A DNA stretch of 64,000 nucleotides from Octopus sinensis (lineage: Eukaryota), in contig NC_042997.1 in assembly GCF_006345805.1 (NCBI RefSeq), positions 128,092,001-128,156,000 of the forward strand. The letters run 5' to 3'. The position numbers were made by a program, and so were the translations under genes. The notes under the pieces are model-generated. The model was given only the letters and a program-made list of their open reading frames with translations. It was not told where the DNA came from and did no database searches. Below, one piece after another: positions 52,290 through 64,000 of the stretch; position 1 is the first letter of the stretch; each line of letters opens with the position of its first letter.

Positions 52290-55200
52290 CAAACAGATGT
52301 ATTTAAAGCTCGGGAAGTGAGAAAGTCTCTTATGTTTCGAGTCTACGCTGTTCGACATCAAGAAACGCAGAAATAAACAGGGAGAGAAAATAGAAAAAGA
52401 TTTAGTGGCTAGCGATCTGTCATGGTGAATACCAGACAGAGGGGTCACACGGGAGAGCTAGGAAGAAGGGGAGATTATAAAGCAGTGGTGATCGCAAAAT
52501 GAAGGTGCGCATGCGTGTGTATAAGAGAGCATGTATGTGCGTGTGGAAGGGGGATGGTAACCTTGACGTGTGCGTGTGTACATGTGTAGGTGTGTGCTAG
52601 TGTTTGCGCTGCTGTGGGTGCTGGGAAGTGGTCAATGCTAGTTTTCTGGGTGCTGTGATGCGGTGTGGTATTGTGGTGTGTGGTGTGATGGTGTGTGGTG
52701 TGGTAAGGTGATGAATTGACGTGTGGTGTGGTGGTGTTGGGATGTGGGCAGGCGAGAGTCGGGAAGCAATGGTGGGGTCTAAGGGATGGGGTGGGGTGGG
52801 ATGGAATGTGTAGAGATGGTAGGGTTGGAATGTGTAGGAGTGGGGGTAACGAGGGAGGAGTGACGATGAAGGGAGGGGTCGAAGGGAGAAAGTGAGTAGG
52901 AGTGAAGAGAAGAAGTAGGTGCCAGAGCAACAGAGGAGAAGTGGGTTGGGGGAAGTAGGTGTGAGAGAAAGAGAGAGAGGAGGAGGGTTAGATGAAGTGG
53001 GAAGGGGAGGAGAATTGAGTGCATGTGACGCAAAGGGGCGAAGAGAGAAGATTAATCTCTCCTCACGGCGAAGACGGGAGTCCGGATGGCCTCTGTGCAA
53101 GAATAGACAGGTGCTGTTAAGAGTGACCGATAGAGCGTAAATGGCGCGAGACCGGTGTGTCGTTACAGAGTCGAATGTCTCTGAGGTGTTCCGCGAACCG
53201 GTCAACCAAGCGACGTCCCGTTTGACCGATGTATAGAGAAGGACAGAGAGAGCAGGAGATGCAGTAGATGACGTTGCTAGAAGTGCAGGTGAAGGAGTCA
53301 GTGACAAGATAGGGTCGATGATGGGTGCCTGTGAGGAGGGTGGTGTTGGAGAGGTAAGGGCAAGTGCAGTAGCATGGGCGGGAGCAGGGGAACGAGCCAG
53401 GTTGGGAGGTTGGGTTAAGGAAGAAGCTGTGGACCAAGAGGTCTCGTAGGTTGTGGGCTCATTTGAAAGAGGGGAGCGGTCGGTTAAGGAAGATGCGCGA
53501 AGTGGAAAGTCGGACTGGAGTCGCGCGAAGTCTCGGAGAATGGTGCGTTGGTGAGGTAGGGTGGTGGAGTGGTAAGTAAGAGGAGACGGTTGACCGGGGG
53601 CGGGTGCAGTGGGAGAGAACAGATGCACGGTCTACGGAACCGTGCTGTGGCAAGGGCGATGTGGATATTGGTGAGGGGATATCCACGTAGGATGAAGTGG
53701 CAAGTCATGAGTGGAGACTGAGTCTCAAAGTCATGCTTGCCACTGCAGAGCCTGCGTAGACAGAAGAATTGGGAATAGGGGATGGAGAGCTTGGTGTGTT
53801 TAGGGTGAGAAGAGGAGAAGTTGAGGTATGAGTGTGAGTCTGTGTGTTTGTAGTGGCTGGAGGTGGTGAGAGTGTAGTGATGAATGCTGACCGAAATGTC
53901 GAGAAAGGCGACTGAGGTATCAGAAATAGTGCAGAAGAAATGGAGGGCAGGATGGAAAGATTTGACAAAGGAGAGCAAGGAGTCTAGATGTTTGCGGGAG
54001 AGTGAGGTCGTACCGATACAGTTGTCAATATAACGACCGTATAGTTCAGGAGGGGGACCAGTGAACCTTAAGATATTTGGGCCTCAACGTAGCCAACGAA
54101 CAGGTTCGCATAGTTGGGGGTCCTTCTCGTTCCCATGGCTACCCTCGAGACTGGTAAAAATTACCCGCGAACGAGAAGCAGTTAAGTGAGAGGACAAGTT
54201 CGGCCAGACGAAGGAGTATGGATGTGTCAGGACATGCTGGAGTGCACGCAGCCCCTCGTGGTGAGGGATCACCGTGTATAGACTCTTGATGTCAAGAGTG
54301 AAGAGAAGTTCAGAGGGGCCAGAAGGGAAGGAGAAAGAGTTGAACAAACGAAGAGCATGGTTGGTGTCATGGATGTGAGAGGGGAGGGAAGCCACTAGGG
54401 AGGCGAAGACATGATCAAGATATTTGGAGCTGAGTTCGGTAGGGCAGTTGCAGGCGGAGGCGATGGGGTGGCCAGGGTTGTTAGGTGTGTGGATTTGGGG
54501 GACGAAGTAAATTGTGGGAGTGCGAGGGTTGAGGACAATTAGGCTAGAGGCGGTGGAGGGAGACAGGAGTAGGAGATGAGGTCATGGATAGTGGAGGACA
54601 CAGTCTGTTGGTAGCTGGGTGTGGAGTTGGAGGGCAGAGGGTAGTAAAAGGAGGTATCTTGAAGTTGGCGGAGAGCCTCCGCCTTGTAGAGGTCCGCGCA
54701 CCACACCATCACGGCTTCACGCTTCTTGGCCGGTTTTATGATGATGTCCGTGCGGCGTCAGAGACATTGAAGGGCCGAGAGTTCGGGTGGGGAGATGTTC
54801 AGATGTTGGTGACGCTTGGAAAAGTCAAACCGATCCACAGCACGCTGGCACGAGCCCGCAAAAAGATCGACTGCTTGGAACTGGCCAGGAGCTGGCATCC
54901 ACTGGGATGGTCGGCGACCCGGGTCGGTGAAGCAGTCCTCATTAGATGCAGGTGGAGCGTCGCGAAAAAGCGCCCACAACCTAACACGGCGCACAAAGCT
55001 GCGGATATCGGCACGAGTCCGAAATTCGTTGCCGGATGGAGTGAGGGGGGTGAAGAGGGAGCGCTCCGCCTCAGAGAGGAGAAGATCTGGAGGAATGGTA
55101 ACAACAGACTGAAGTGGAGAAGGGGTGGATGGGACAGAAGTAGGAGGGGTGGTGGGAGTGGAAGGCTGGGAGGCCGAGGATGAGGGTATGTGGGTAGGGT

Positions 55201-55630
55201 TGTGAGGGACGGAGTGTTGGTGAGGTGGGGGAGCGTATCAGGGAGGTAAAGGGGAGGGAGGAGATGGGATAGTCGGGTGTAATGGAATGGAGGAGTAAGT
55301 GGAGTTTACGTTGTTTGGTGTGAGCGAGAAATTGATGAAAGAGATGATTTAAATGAATTACGCAACGTAGTGTTAGCATGGGAGGGCGACTGAGAGGAGA
55401 AGAAGATGGAAAAAGCAAGAGGGAGAAGGCGGTCGATGGTGTGTATTTTGGAGAGGTTAGAACGAATGGTGACGCGCATAAGGCGGTAGGATGTAGTACG
55501 GAGTATGGGTAGGATGGTTGAAGCAGGGTGGAGAGTGGGGTGGAAATGAAGGAAACCTTTAAGGATGAGGTAGTGATGAAGGCAGTGCCTGAGAAATGAA
55601 GGGTGGCTAACCCCATCAGTACTGATCAAC
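52290..55630 (-). mobile_element. Near-full-length, disrupted Neptune-type Penelope-like element (N-terminal domain, RT, thumb, Cys linker, GIY-YIG, 3' pLTR)
   Basis: FL..CL...LI.KGF; IIIKPAKK; PGHPIAS; LFTLDIKSLYTVIPH; AMG...PNYANLFVGYVE; GRYIDNC; FLDISV; YKHTDSHSYL; FTCTSSNVIYCISCSLC..LYIGQTGR...RFAEH; pLTR at 52290-52460; no 5' pLTR. Confidence 0.92.
53117..53330 (-). pseudogene. PLE GIY-YIG endonuclease domain
   Basis: ORF 53117-53437: VIYCISCSLCPSLYIGQTGRRLVDRFAEHLRDIR...PVSRH. Confidence 0.9.
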
Positions 55631-56042
55631 GATAATTATGACCAATGTATTCTATCTGCCGTTTCCATTTTGGCTTTTTAGGGTTATTGTAAACTACACT
55701 ACCTAAAATGTCATTTTGAATTTTGAATGGTATAATGTGATTCTATTGCTATTTCGAACGAATACTGAGACTCTCTCTGAGAGTGTTTTGAACCTCAATT
55801 TAATTCTAAAGCCATGTGTAGAATAACAAAAAAGCAGATGGCCAAGTGAATAGGATACCAGATTAGGCGAGAAGTGGGGAGTTGGTATCGTGACACCGAT
55901 ACTGCACTGTATTTATTTCCAAGATTCTTGATGATCATCAGGCCAGTTTATCTGGTAATTAGCTATATAATTTACAACACTATGTCTATCGTAAATATAC
56001 TTAACTATTAACAACCACCCTGGCTAGTTGGAAGTAGGTACC

Positions 56043-56277
56043 TATTTCTTTACTACCCACAAGGGGCTAAACACAGAGAGGACAAACAAGGACAGACAAA
56101 CGGATTAAGTCGATTATATCGACCCCAGTGCGTAACTGGTACTTATTTAATCGACCCCGATAGGATGAAAGGCAAAGTTGACCTCGGCGGAATTTGAACT
56201 CAGAACGTAGCGGCAGACGAAATACCGCTCAGCATCTCACCCGGCATGCTAACGATTCTGCCAGCTCGCCGCCTTTA
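56043..56277 (-). mobile_element. SINE family B, full length, 11-bp TSD
   Basis: TSD aagtaggtacc at 56032-56042 and 56278-56288. Confidence 0.92.
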
Positions 56278-58808
56278 AAGTAGGTACCACGATGTGCAAT
56301 ATATCAGTGTATTTACTGTGTCCTCGGTCAAGTCCCTTAACAGTCACCAGCCCTGTCTACCAATTAGCAAGAAGATTTCATTTTCATTTAGGGTGTTGTA
56401 TATTTTACAGAATGACGTTAAACGGCAACTGATGGTAAGGTTTCAGCTCTGGAATTCAGAAGTTTTGGCGAGAATTGAGTTACGCCCCAGCCAGCTCTTC
56501 TTCCAAGTTAGCTCTGGCTCGAGGTGGTAGTACTTGACAAAAGTTCCAAGTATGTCACTTAACAGAAAATAGTCCATAGATAAGGCAAACACAAGACGGA
56601 GGAGGCTGGTTTCTGGTTGTATGTCACGTAAGTCCAACACAGTGTGGACATTCCTTGATGTTACATGAACCAGCCCCCTTAGCGCAAGTGTTCAACGTGC
56701 TTCGTGCCCCGAGAGTAAACTCGAAGGATCAAGAGACTAGTAGAATAAAGTCAAAGTAAAACGACAGAAAACAGCGGAAAACCACTGCTGTATCTTTTCC
56801 AAGGGAAATCAAGATTCCCAGACTTTGACATTGAGGTCCCTAATCTTCGACGCCTGTAGGCATAGCACTTGAAGAGTGAGTGAGTGAATGAGTGAGTGAG
56901 TGAGTGAGTGAGTGAGTGAGTGAGTGAGTGAGTGAGTGAGTGAGAAAGAGGGAGAGAGAATTCACGACTACCTCGTATGACTAACGAGTAATTTGTTGGC
57001 TTTTGGGGAGTTCTGAGTTCATTTTCTGTTGGGAAAGTTACCCGTCGCAGACTTGCGTTATATTCAAGAGGAAAATGCATACTTCATTCATTTGAAACCA
57101 GAAGAACCTATGGTAAGAACTGAGCTGGGAAAGATCATAACATAAAAGCAATAAAGTGTCTGCAGCTAGCTACGTCAAAAAGGGAAAAATAAAAGAAAAG
57201 CAGCAGTCAAATTGTTATAATGAATAATTGCTGAATGAGAATTTATGCCATTGACTTACTGGAGTTATTGCCCTTGGTTCCTTTTCTTAAATAAATATAT
57301 AGCCATAAGATCGTTAGAATAGGACTGTAAACAGTAACGTCGTTGTAATTTAAAGTAGAATAAAGCAGAATATTTTCCAGTTATTTCTTGTAGGTTATTG
57401 GAAATATATAAGTTCAACATTGCAATTTAAACGCCTTGAAACTAATTATTAGAAACGCTTTTGAATGTTCGTGGTAAATTCAAGTGAAACGTCGTAAATA
57501 ATAAGAGAAAATAAAAAAATAGTTCACACATGTATCATCAAAACAAAATTAAATCGAAAATAATTAATTAGTGAATAAACGATTGCTTTAATTAGTAATT
57601 TACCTAATATTTGTTGGCTAAATATATTAATATTGTATAACTGCTTCATTTGAAGTCTTTTACTGCTAGTGAGTAACAACAATCTAATATAAAACATTCT
57701 TGAAGAGGGAACTTCAAAGTGGTTTTAAACCGACAACTGCTCATAGAACAAATCGATATTTATCACCTTAAATAACTGTGTTTGAAGATAACATTAACAT
57801 ATTATATAATGCAATATACTGTAGAATTTTATGAGCAGTTGTTAATATGTATGCGGATATTTAAAATTTGTGCCATGTATGTATAATGTTTTTCAGAAAT
57901 TAATAGATATCTGGAGCAGTTTCAGATGGTGCTAAGTATAATACACAAGCGATTGCAATCAAGCATGAATGATGGCAAAAGTATGGAGCAATAACTGTTT
58001 ATATATGAAGAACATTAAGTGATATTTCTCTGCAGAGTTGTTTTTTTTTTATGCTAGATTATATGCGAAAAGATAATTTCTGTCAATATATCAACAAAAG
58101 TTAAAAAGATATAGATGTGATATATGAATAAAGAGCCAGTTGTATGTCTCTTACGATTCTATACAGTCTTCACTTCAAATCACACCCCTACTTTTCATAT
58201 AAAATAATGGGCTAACAATTTCTCGACATTTATAAGATGATAAAAAGTGAGAAAGATACGATCTTGTTTTAGTAGAAGCCGTAAATAATTACATCTCAGC
58301 ACGTAGGAGGTCGAGTGGAAATTAAAAAGACGAAAATCGTGAAGAAAATTAACTCTTTCACAAACATCTGGCTTCAGTGTGTGGTGACAAATGCACGGTA
58401 ACAAAACCATGTGTACCACAAAAACATAATACAATATGAGCCAAACCGTTTGGTGCCGGATTACTGATTACGATATGACGATGACTTTAACATTATAAAG
58501 TTCAAACTAGAGTGACCATCACGATGTCAGCACCCCGGCGACATGGTTAGTGAAAGGAAAGTGGACGTATTTAAGGCTTCTTTTTCTAAGCTGGCTTATA
58601 ATGGAACGCTATAAATTGGATAGCTTAGAAGACACTGAACACGCAGTCAGTCAAACAGTCAGATGGGTAATAAGAGAGTGCTTATAGAGGTATTCGATAA
58701 GTTCAGATGCTGTGAAAACCGCAGGACCTAATGTTTCTTACATCATTTTCATCTGAGAAATAGACACATAGAAAACATGTGAAGTTGTCTGTTAGGTTGC
58801 AGTCATTA

Positions 58809-58858
<50 letters not shown>

Positions 58859-58929
58859 TTTGGAGACGTTGCCGAATTATTAATGTTCCATGGGTGGATG
58901 TGTGTGTGTGTGTGTGAGTTTGTGTGTTC

Positions 58930-58962
<33 letters not shown>

Positions 58963-60409
58963 CGTGCGATTGTGTGTGTGTGCTTGTGAGCTTATATATG
59001 AGCCTAGTCATTTAAATCGTACCAACACAGCTTCAGAGTAAACTATGGGTAACTTCAGTGAGTTTTTATAAGTTTATGAAAGAAAAACGAGAAGAAATGA
59101 AATAAAGTGACTTTCGTGCTTTTCTTAAATGCCTTATCAACTTAGGTGAAGTGAAGTAACAGTTGTCGTCAGTGAAAACAGTGTAAATACTTGGTTTCCA
59201 AGGCCCTTTCTCTATGGCTGCCTAAGTTACCTATTTCTTATAATTATACTATGGGTTTATACAGACATTATACCGATTTTCAGAGGTAGCTTATACAATA
59301 TAAACTTTATGTTATTGTAGATCTATGGTAGAATATTCAGGATGATCTTCGAAAATTACGCTTAAATCTATTACTTAGAAAATAAGAAATTGTGGTTAAA
59401 TTTTAATTATTGAGTAAATTCGTAAAATTTACTTTCAAATGTATCAGTTCTGCAAAGAAATTAAAAAAAAAAAAAAGCAGTTAAGTATTTTCGATATTCC
59501 AAATAAAAAATACATAGATATCGAATGAAATAGTAAAGAAATCAACTGTCAGAGTAATCTGATATCCTGCAGTGTCAACGATACAAAATTAATTATTGAG
59601 TTTTCGTGTTCTTAAACTTAGGAGCAGTGTTACTAGACAGAGTAGAAGTTTTTACATTTACTACTGTGTTCACCTTGTCTGTATTTTACATATTCACCTT
59701 TGTATAAGTTGATCTCAAGATATGTCAATGGATATTTAAAGTGCAAGCTCTGACTAGATAACGTCAGAAATACTGAAAAGTATATAGTGTGAAAAGTAAC
59801 AATAGATTAGAATTCAATACGCATCAGAGAACAGTATTTGTTGTGCTTAGTTCTCGAGGCAAAGCTGTAGAAGTCGCAGTCTTATATAAACTTGAAGGTC
59901 ATTTCAGTATCTTGTAGAATAGAAGAAACTCGTTGTATTTCATATTTGCTATTTGAAAATATGTTCAGTGTGTAAGTGTTGGGAAGTCCTTAAAATGAAG
60001 GAGGTTGAAAATTCCTGGTTGTTAAATTCTTCTCATGAAGGAGGTTATAATTTTCAGTTGGAACAATGTCACCGAGAGAATTATCATTAATAAATTTTGA
60101 ATAACTTTTCTTCTCTGTTTAGTATTGATTCATTGAAGTTTAGCTTAAAGATTATCGACTCTCTTACGATTATATATATGTTAAATATAAGACAGATAAA
60201 AGCAGTATTCTTGTATGGTTGAAGTTTATTGATGTTGGAGACACTGGTGCTAACAAGCAATTATACTTATCTAGCGCACCGATAATCAATGTGTGAATAA
60301 TGATTTTACAAAGAGCCGAAAAGCAAATTCGTAAATTTTTTTATTGCTTACTCAGAGGAGGAAGGGTAGTGACCATAACCATTTTTCTTGGTCTCTGAGA
60401 CTAGTGGCG

Positions 60410-60411
60410 GA

Positions 60412-60443
<32 letters not shown>

Positions 60444-60446
60444 AAA

Positions 60447-60481
<35 letters not shown>

Positions 60482-60513
60482 GAAGAAAGAAAGAAAGAAA
60501 GAAAGAAAGGAAA

Positions 60514-60556
<43 letters not shown>
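60410..60556. repeat. (GAAA)n microsatellite
   Basis: Directly visible. Confidence 0.95.
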
Positions 60557-60557
<1 letters not shown>

Positions 60558-62587
60558 TCAATCTGGTTCGATGCTTGCCGCTAGATGCATGCAAGGACCA
60601 TGAGGTTCCCTAGTAAAACCGAACGACAATTCTACGGTCTTCCTGAGATGAAGACAACAACTGCTGTCTAGGACAGTTCTCTCCCTATAAAATGGAGTGT
60701 TTAGAGTTTCAATGGGCGAATTGTGGCCACTATTCATTCAAAAATGTGTGATACCCTCTCGATCAATGACAGAAATATGGAAGAGCGGGGTTAAAACGTA
60801 TTTCCAAGCTTTTCATTGATTTTTGCATATTGTTATATTTTTTATGTCCAAGTAAACTAATGGAGACATTTTTCATTATTTATCTTTTGTTTGCTTTCTA
60901 TCAATAAAAATTAACTTGTCTATTAATTGTAATTATGCATGCATATTTCGTTCAATTCGCATAATAAAACATAATATAGTTGAGTTTATAGTCAACTACA
61001 CAGTAAAAAGGGCTCAGTATCTTAAATGAACCATAGGAGCTTAGGGAATAGGAATGGCTACTGGGTAGATTTGTGAAGGCCATGTGTATGAGTCCCCACT
61101 CTCAACTCCCGTGCATTGGGGAGAGGAAGAAGTGAAGTTGCAATTTGTATCTCATTATTCATTACTACCATAAAATGATATTGCTTGGCAAATATTCTGC
61201 ATAATTTGGTATATTATGTATTCAAATACAAAATATATTAAGTATACAAATACAAAATTTATCTTTCATAATATCGGCATGTATTTGGTTCTGAGGCAAC
61301 ACTGAAGAAGCATAATATACTGAAATAATGACGGTAGTCTATGAATCATACCGCCGTAACACTATACCAAACTGTGAAGTTTGATCGCTATCATTGAAAT
61401 TACTGGGTAAAGCAGAGGTGAGGAGAGAGGCAGTTGCTACTCTACTTTCTACATCTACAGTATTCATACCTCAAACCTAAAACTCGTATTTCCTGAAGAT
61501 AAAAAGTGATATCATTGAATAATGCCTCACTCTCACAATCAATTATTTTCCTAACTTCGTAATATTCCATCACTATACATGTAGGGCTGAGCTTGAGCCG
61601 GTTCGCACCAGTTCGCATGAACCGGCTTAAAATTTCCTTTTTAACACGAAAAGCAGTTTTTAACTTTCGTATCAAGTATTTTTGCTGTAAACATCTCTGC
61701 AAACAAAAATGTACCGTATATATTTGCACTATTTTCGCCATATACGTTTTCGCAGGAAAAATTTGTCGGGTATCTATACCTTAATATTTAAAAACACAAT
61801 AAGGGTACTTTATTTCAACTTAAAGTTTAATTTGTTGTAATTCGCCTCATAGAAACAAAGTACCAATTACAAAAAAAGCAATAACAATAATAACATGGGT
61901 TAAGCAAGACATTGTTTTCATTCTTGAGCTAATTCTATCTTCTACGTTGTTAGCGTTATTGTTTGAGGGGCTTTGCTTGATTTTTTTTTCTTCTTTTGGA
62001 GGGGATGTTTTTGGAGTGTTTCACATTTTGTCTTTTTGGAGGGGGATGGTTTTGGGTATTTTGTTTTTGTTTTTTAATAAATCTTTTTTTTTTTACACAG
62101 AACCTGTGTTTAGAGTTTTAAATTTGGTAACTCAGTTAATGCGTTGTTAAATCTTCACTAGTTTGCACATTGAATACCCGTGTTAGTAGAACCTTCTGAT
62201 TACAGTTTGTGAAACTGCGAACACGCACGTAAATTTTCTTACAGGTACTGTGGAAAAGTCTTGGTTTGGATCTTCATCAAAAATAAGAGTTACTGTTAAT
62301 ATTAGATTCGTATAACGTCACATCCACAAACTATTTGAGCGCCTTAGGCATGGACTTGTATATTAAAGTATTCTGGGGTGTCGCTTCCTTCATTGCTGAA
62401 AGATTTCTCTGTAATCCTCGAGCATAGATAATGGATACAGCTTTGCCGCATTCCTAGTTTTCAAAACTTGTTCCAATTATTACTGCTGATTAAATGAAGA
62501 AATCTGTAGAGTTGTAGTTTTTGTTTAATTTAATCTGTGACATCCATTAAGATTTATTGAATTTCACAGATATAATTTTTTTAAAAA

Positions 62588-63175
62588 TGGATAAATATTC
62601 CACTTTTTCTATTTCTTAATAATAACTATATATGGATATATTCGTTGACTCATTGTTTTTTTGTCCACAGAATTTTGAGAGCAATAATTTATAATTTCAA
62701 TATAGATTCATATTACTCATAAAGAAAGGCTTCAATTTGTGGCGAAGATGACTCAATGGTGCTAACACAATTAGAGCGACATTTGCAGAATGTTCATCCT
62801 CAACGCAAGAACATGAAAAAAAAGTTGTTTATTTAAACGTCATAGGGATGACCTTAAATCGACGAAGTTAGATTCAACAGGGGCAGTCATGAAATAACCA
62901 AAAGGTTGTTAAAGCTTCTTATATTATCCACTAGAGATAGCAAAAAAAAAAGACGGAAGAGAGAGGGGGAGAAAGAGAAGGAGGAGAAAGAGAGAAGGGG
63001 AGAAAGAGAGGGGGAGAAAAGAAGGGGAGAAAGAGAGAGGGGGAGAAAGAGTGGGGGAGAGGGGAGAAAGAGAGGGAGAGGGGAGAAAGAAAGAGAGAGA
63101 GAGAGAAATGCATATAAGGGAAAACCTTGACCAAACTTTGTGATTTCAAAATGTTGGAAACTGTATTGTTCAGAT
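62588..63175 (+). mobile_element. Buster-type hAT transposase N-terminal remnant interrupted by a GA-rich expansion
   Basis: CGED..SMVLTQLERHLQNVHPQ; KASYII..EIAKKK; after the GA tract TLTKLCDFKMLETVL. Parallels the N-terminus of 46540-48288. Confidence 0.65.
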
Positions 63176-63249
63176 GGTGTACTATTTATGTTGGAAACGA
63201 AGTCTAGTTTCCGTGTTCGCGTGAGAAAGCGATCACCTAAAATGTCAAG

Positions 63250-63610
63250 AATGTATGATCCATAGGCTAGCTTTAATAACGCTTCTAGTTCCACTAACGA
63301 TGATTTTGGATCAAGTAATTCCAAGTGTGAATTTTGTCAAAGAGGAACCCCTCACCTCTCGACTTGCCTGACAGTTATGATTGGTATCATCTGAATACCC
63401 TGAATATCGTCTGCCTCAAATTCTTCAGATCCCATCTTCTGTACCATTTGTACAAAGCTATTAATGACTGAGACCGTTTCATAGTCACTCTTATTATCTC
63501 CCGTCACTACATTCGAACACAAATTTTTACGAGCCTGAATGATACATATACGTTGAACTTCTTCTGGCGCATCTTAAATATTCTTTGTTGCTTCGGTCAT
63601 GTTCTAATTT
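63250..63610 (-). mobile_element. Tigger/pogo transposase C-terminal remnant
   Basis: ATKNI*DAPEEV...ARKNLCSNVV...FVQMVQKMGSEEFEADDI resembles the Tigger AI.NI..AW.EV...W.KL...IV..A...G.EGF region. Confidence 0.55.
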
Positions 63611-64000
63611 TTCCAGGAATCTTTGATGCCTGTGATCAACTACGTAAAGTTCTCCTAAGATAATATGCGTTGAAAATGAAAATATCACATAAATTTTTCA
63701 TAGAATGTAAACGACTTCAGAAATATGATTATCTGGAAAAGAATCGAAAGATAAAGATGAACAGAAGCGTTGTTCAAATGCAGACGTTGTCCAAAGGCAG
63801 ACATTTTCACGGTAAAAAAATGTATTCCGTGAGGTTTTCATGTAACAAACCGATTAGATTTGGAGACACTTTTTTTCATTTCATCATCTTTGTAATATTA
63901 AATTTCAAAACTCCAATTTTGTGTCTCTAATGCGAGACAGATCTTTTGCTGTTTTCTATTTCAATATTTTCCATTTCACAACCGAAATTTAAATTTTTTA

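Noticed and set aside
56760-56875. Cluster of short hairpins next to (GAGT)n as a structured ncRNA
   Set aside because: Stems are 5-7 bp with no recognisable motif; expected by chance.
61580-61630. gccggttcgcaccagttcgcatgaaccgg as a hAT terminus
   Set aside because: Resembles hAT subterminal repeats, but no partner end or TSD was found.

Overview
Eukaryotic, AT-rich, repeat-saturated genomic DNA. I infer an octopus/coleoid cephalopod source from the SINE families and the density of (TA)n/(CA)n/(CATA)n/(AAT)n microsatellites; this is pattern recognition, not a database result. I cannot support any intact host protein-coding gene: nearly all listed ORFs are microsatellite translations or antisense to transposons, so the window looks intronic or intergenic. 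It holds at least four tRNA-headed SINE families, decayed CR1/L2-, RTE- and R4/Dong-type LINEs, mariner, Tc1, Tigger and hAT (Buster/Charlie) DNA transposons, and two Neptune-type Penelope-like elements (PLEs), one about 3.3 kb with RT and GIY-YIG. The most interesting signal is RNA-level. Several PLE terminal-repeat (pLTR) families carry minimal hammerhead-ribozyme motifs with self-complementary stem III. The best case is an 850-bp TSD-flanked, ORF-less insertion (33479-34329) made of ~99% identical inverted arms, which places a canonical hammerhead core on each strand. A second family, tied to the Neptune element, has a non-canonical core. Boundaries of decayed elements are approximate; motif coordinates were counted by hand.
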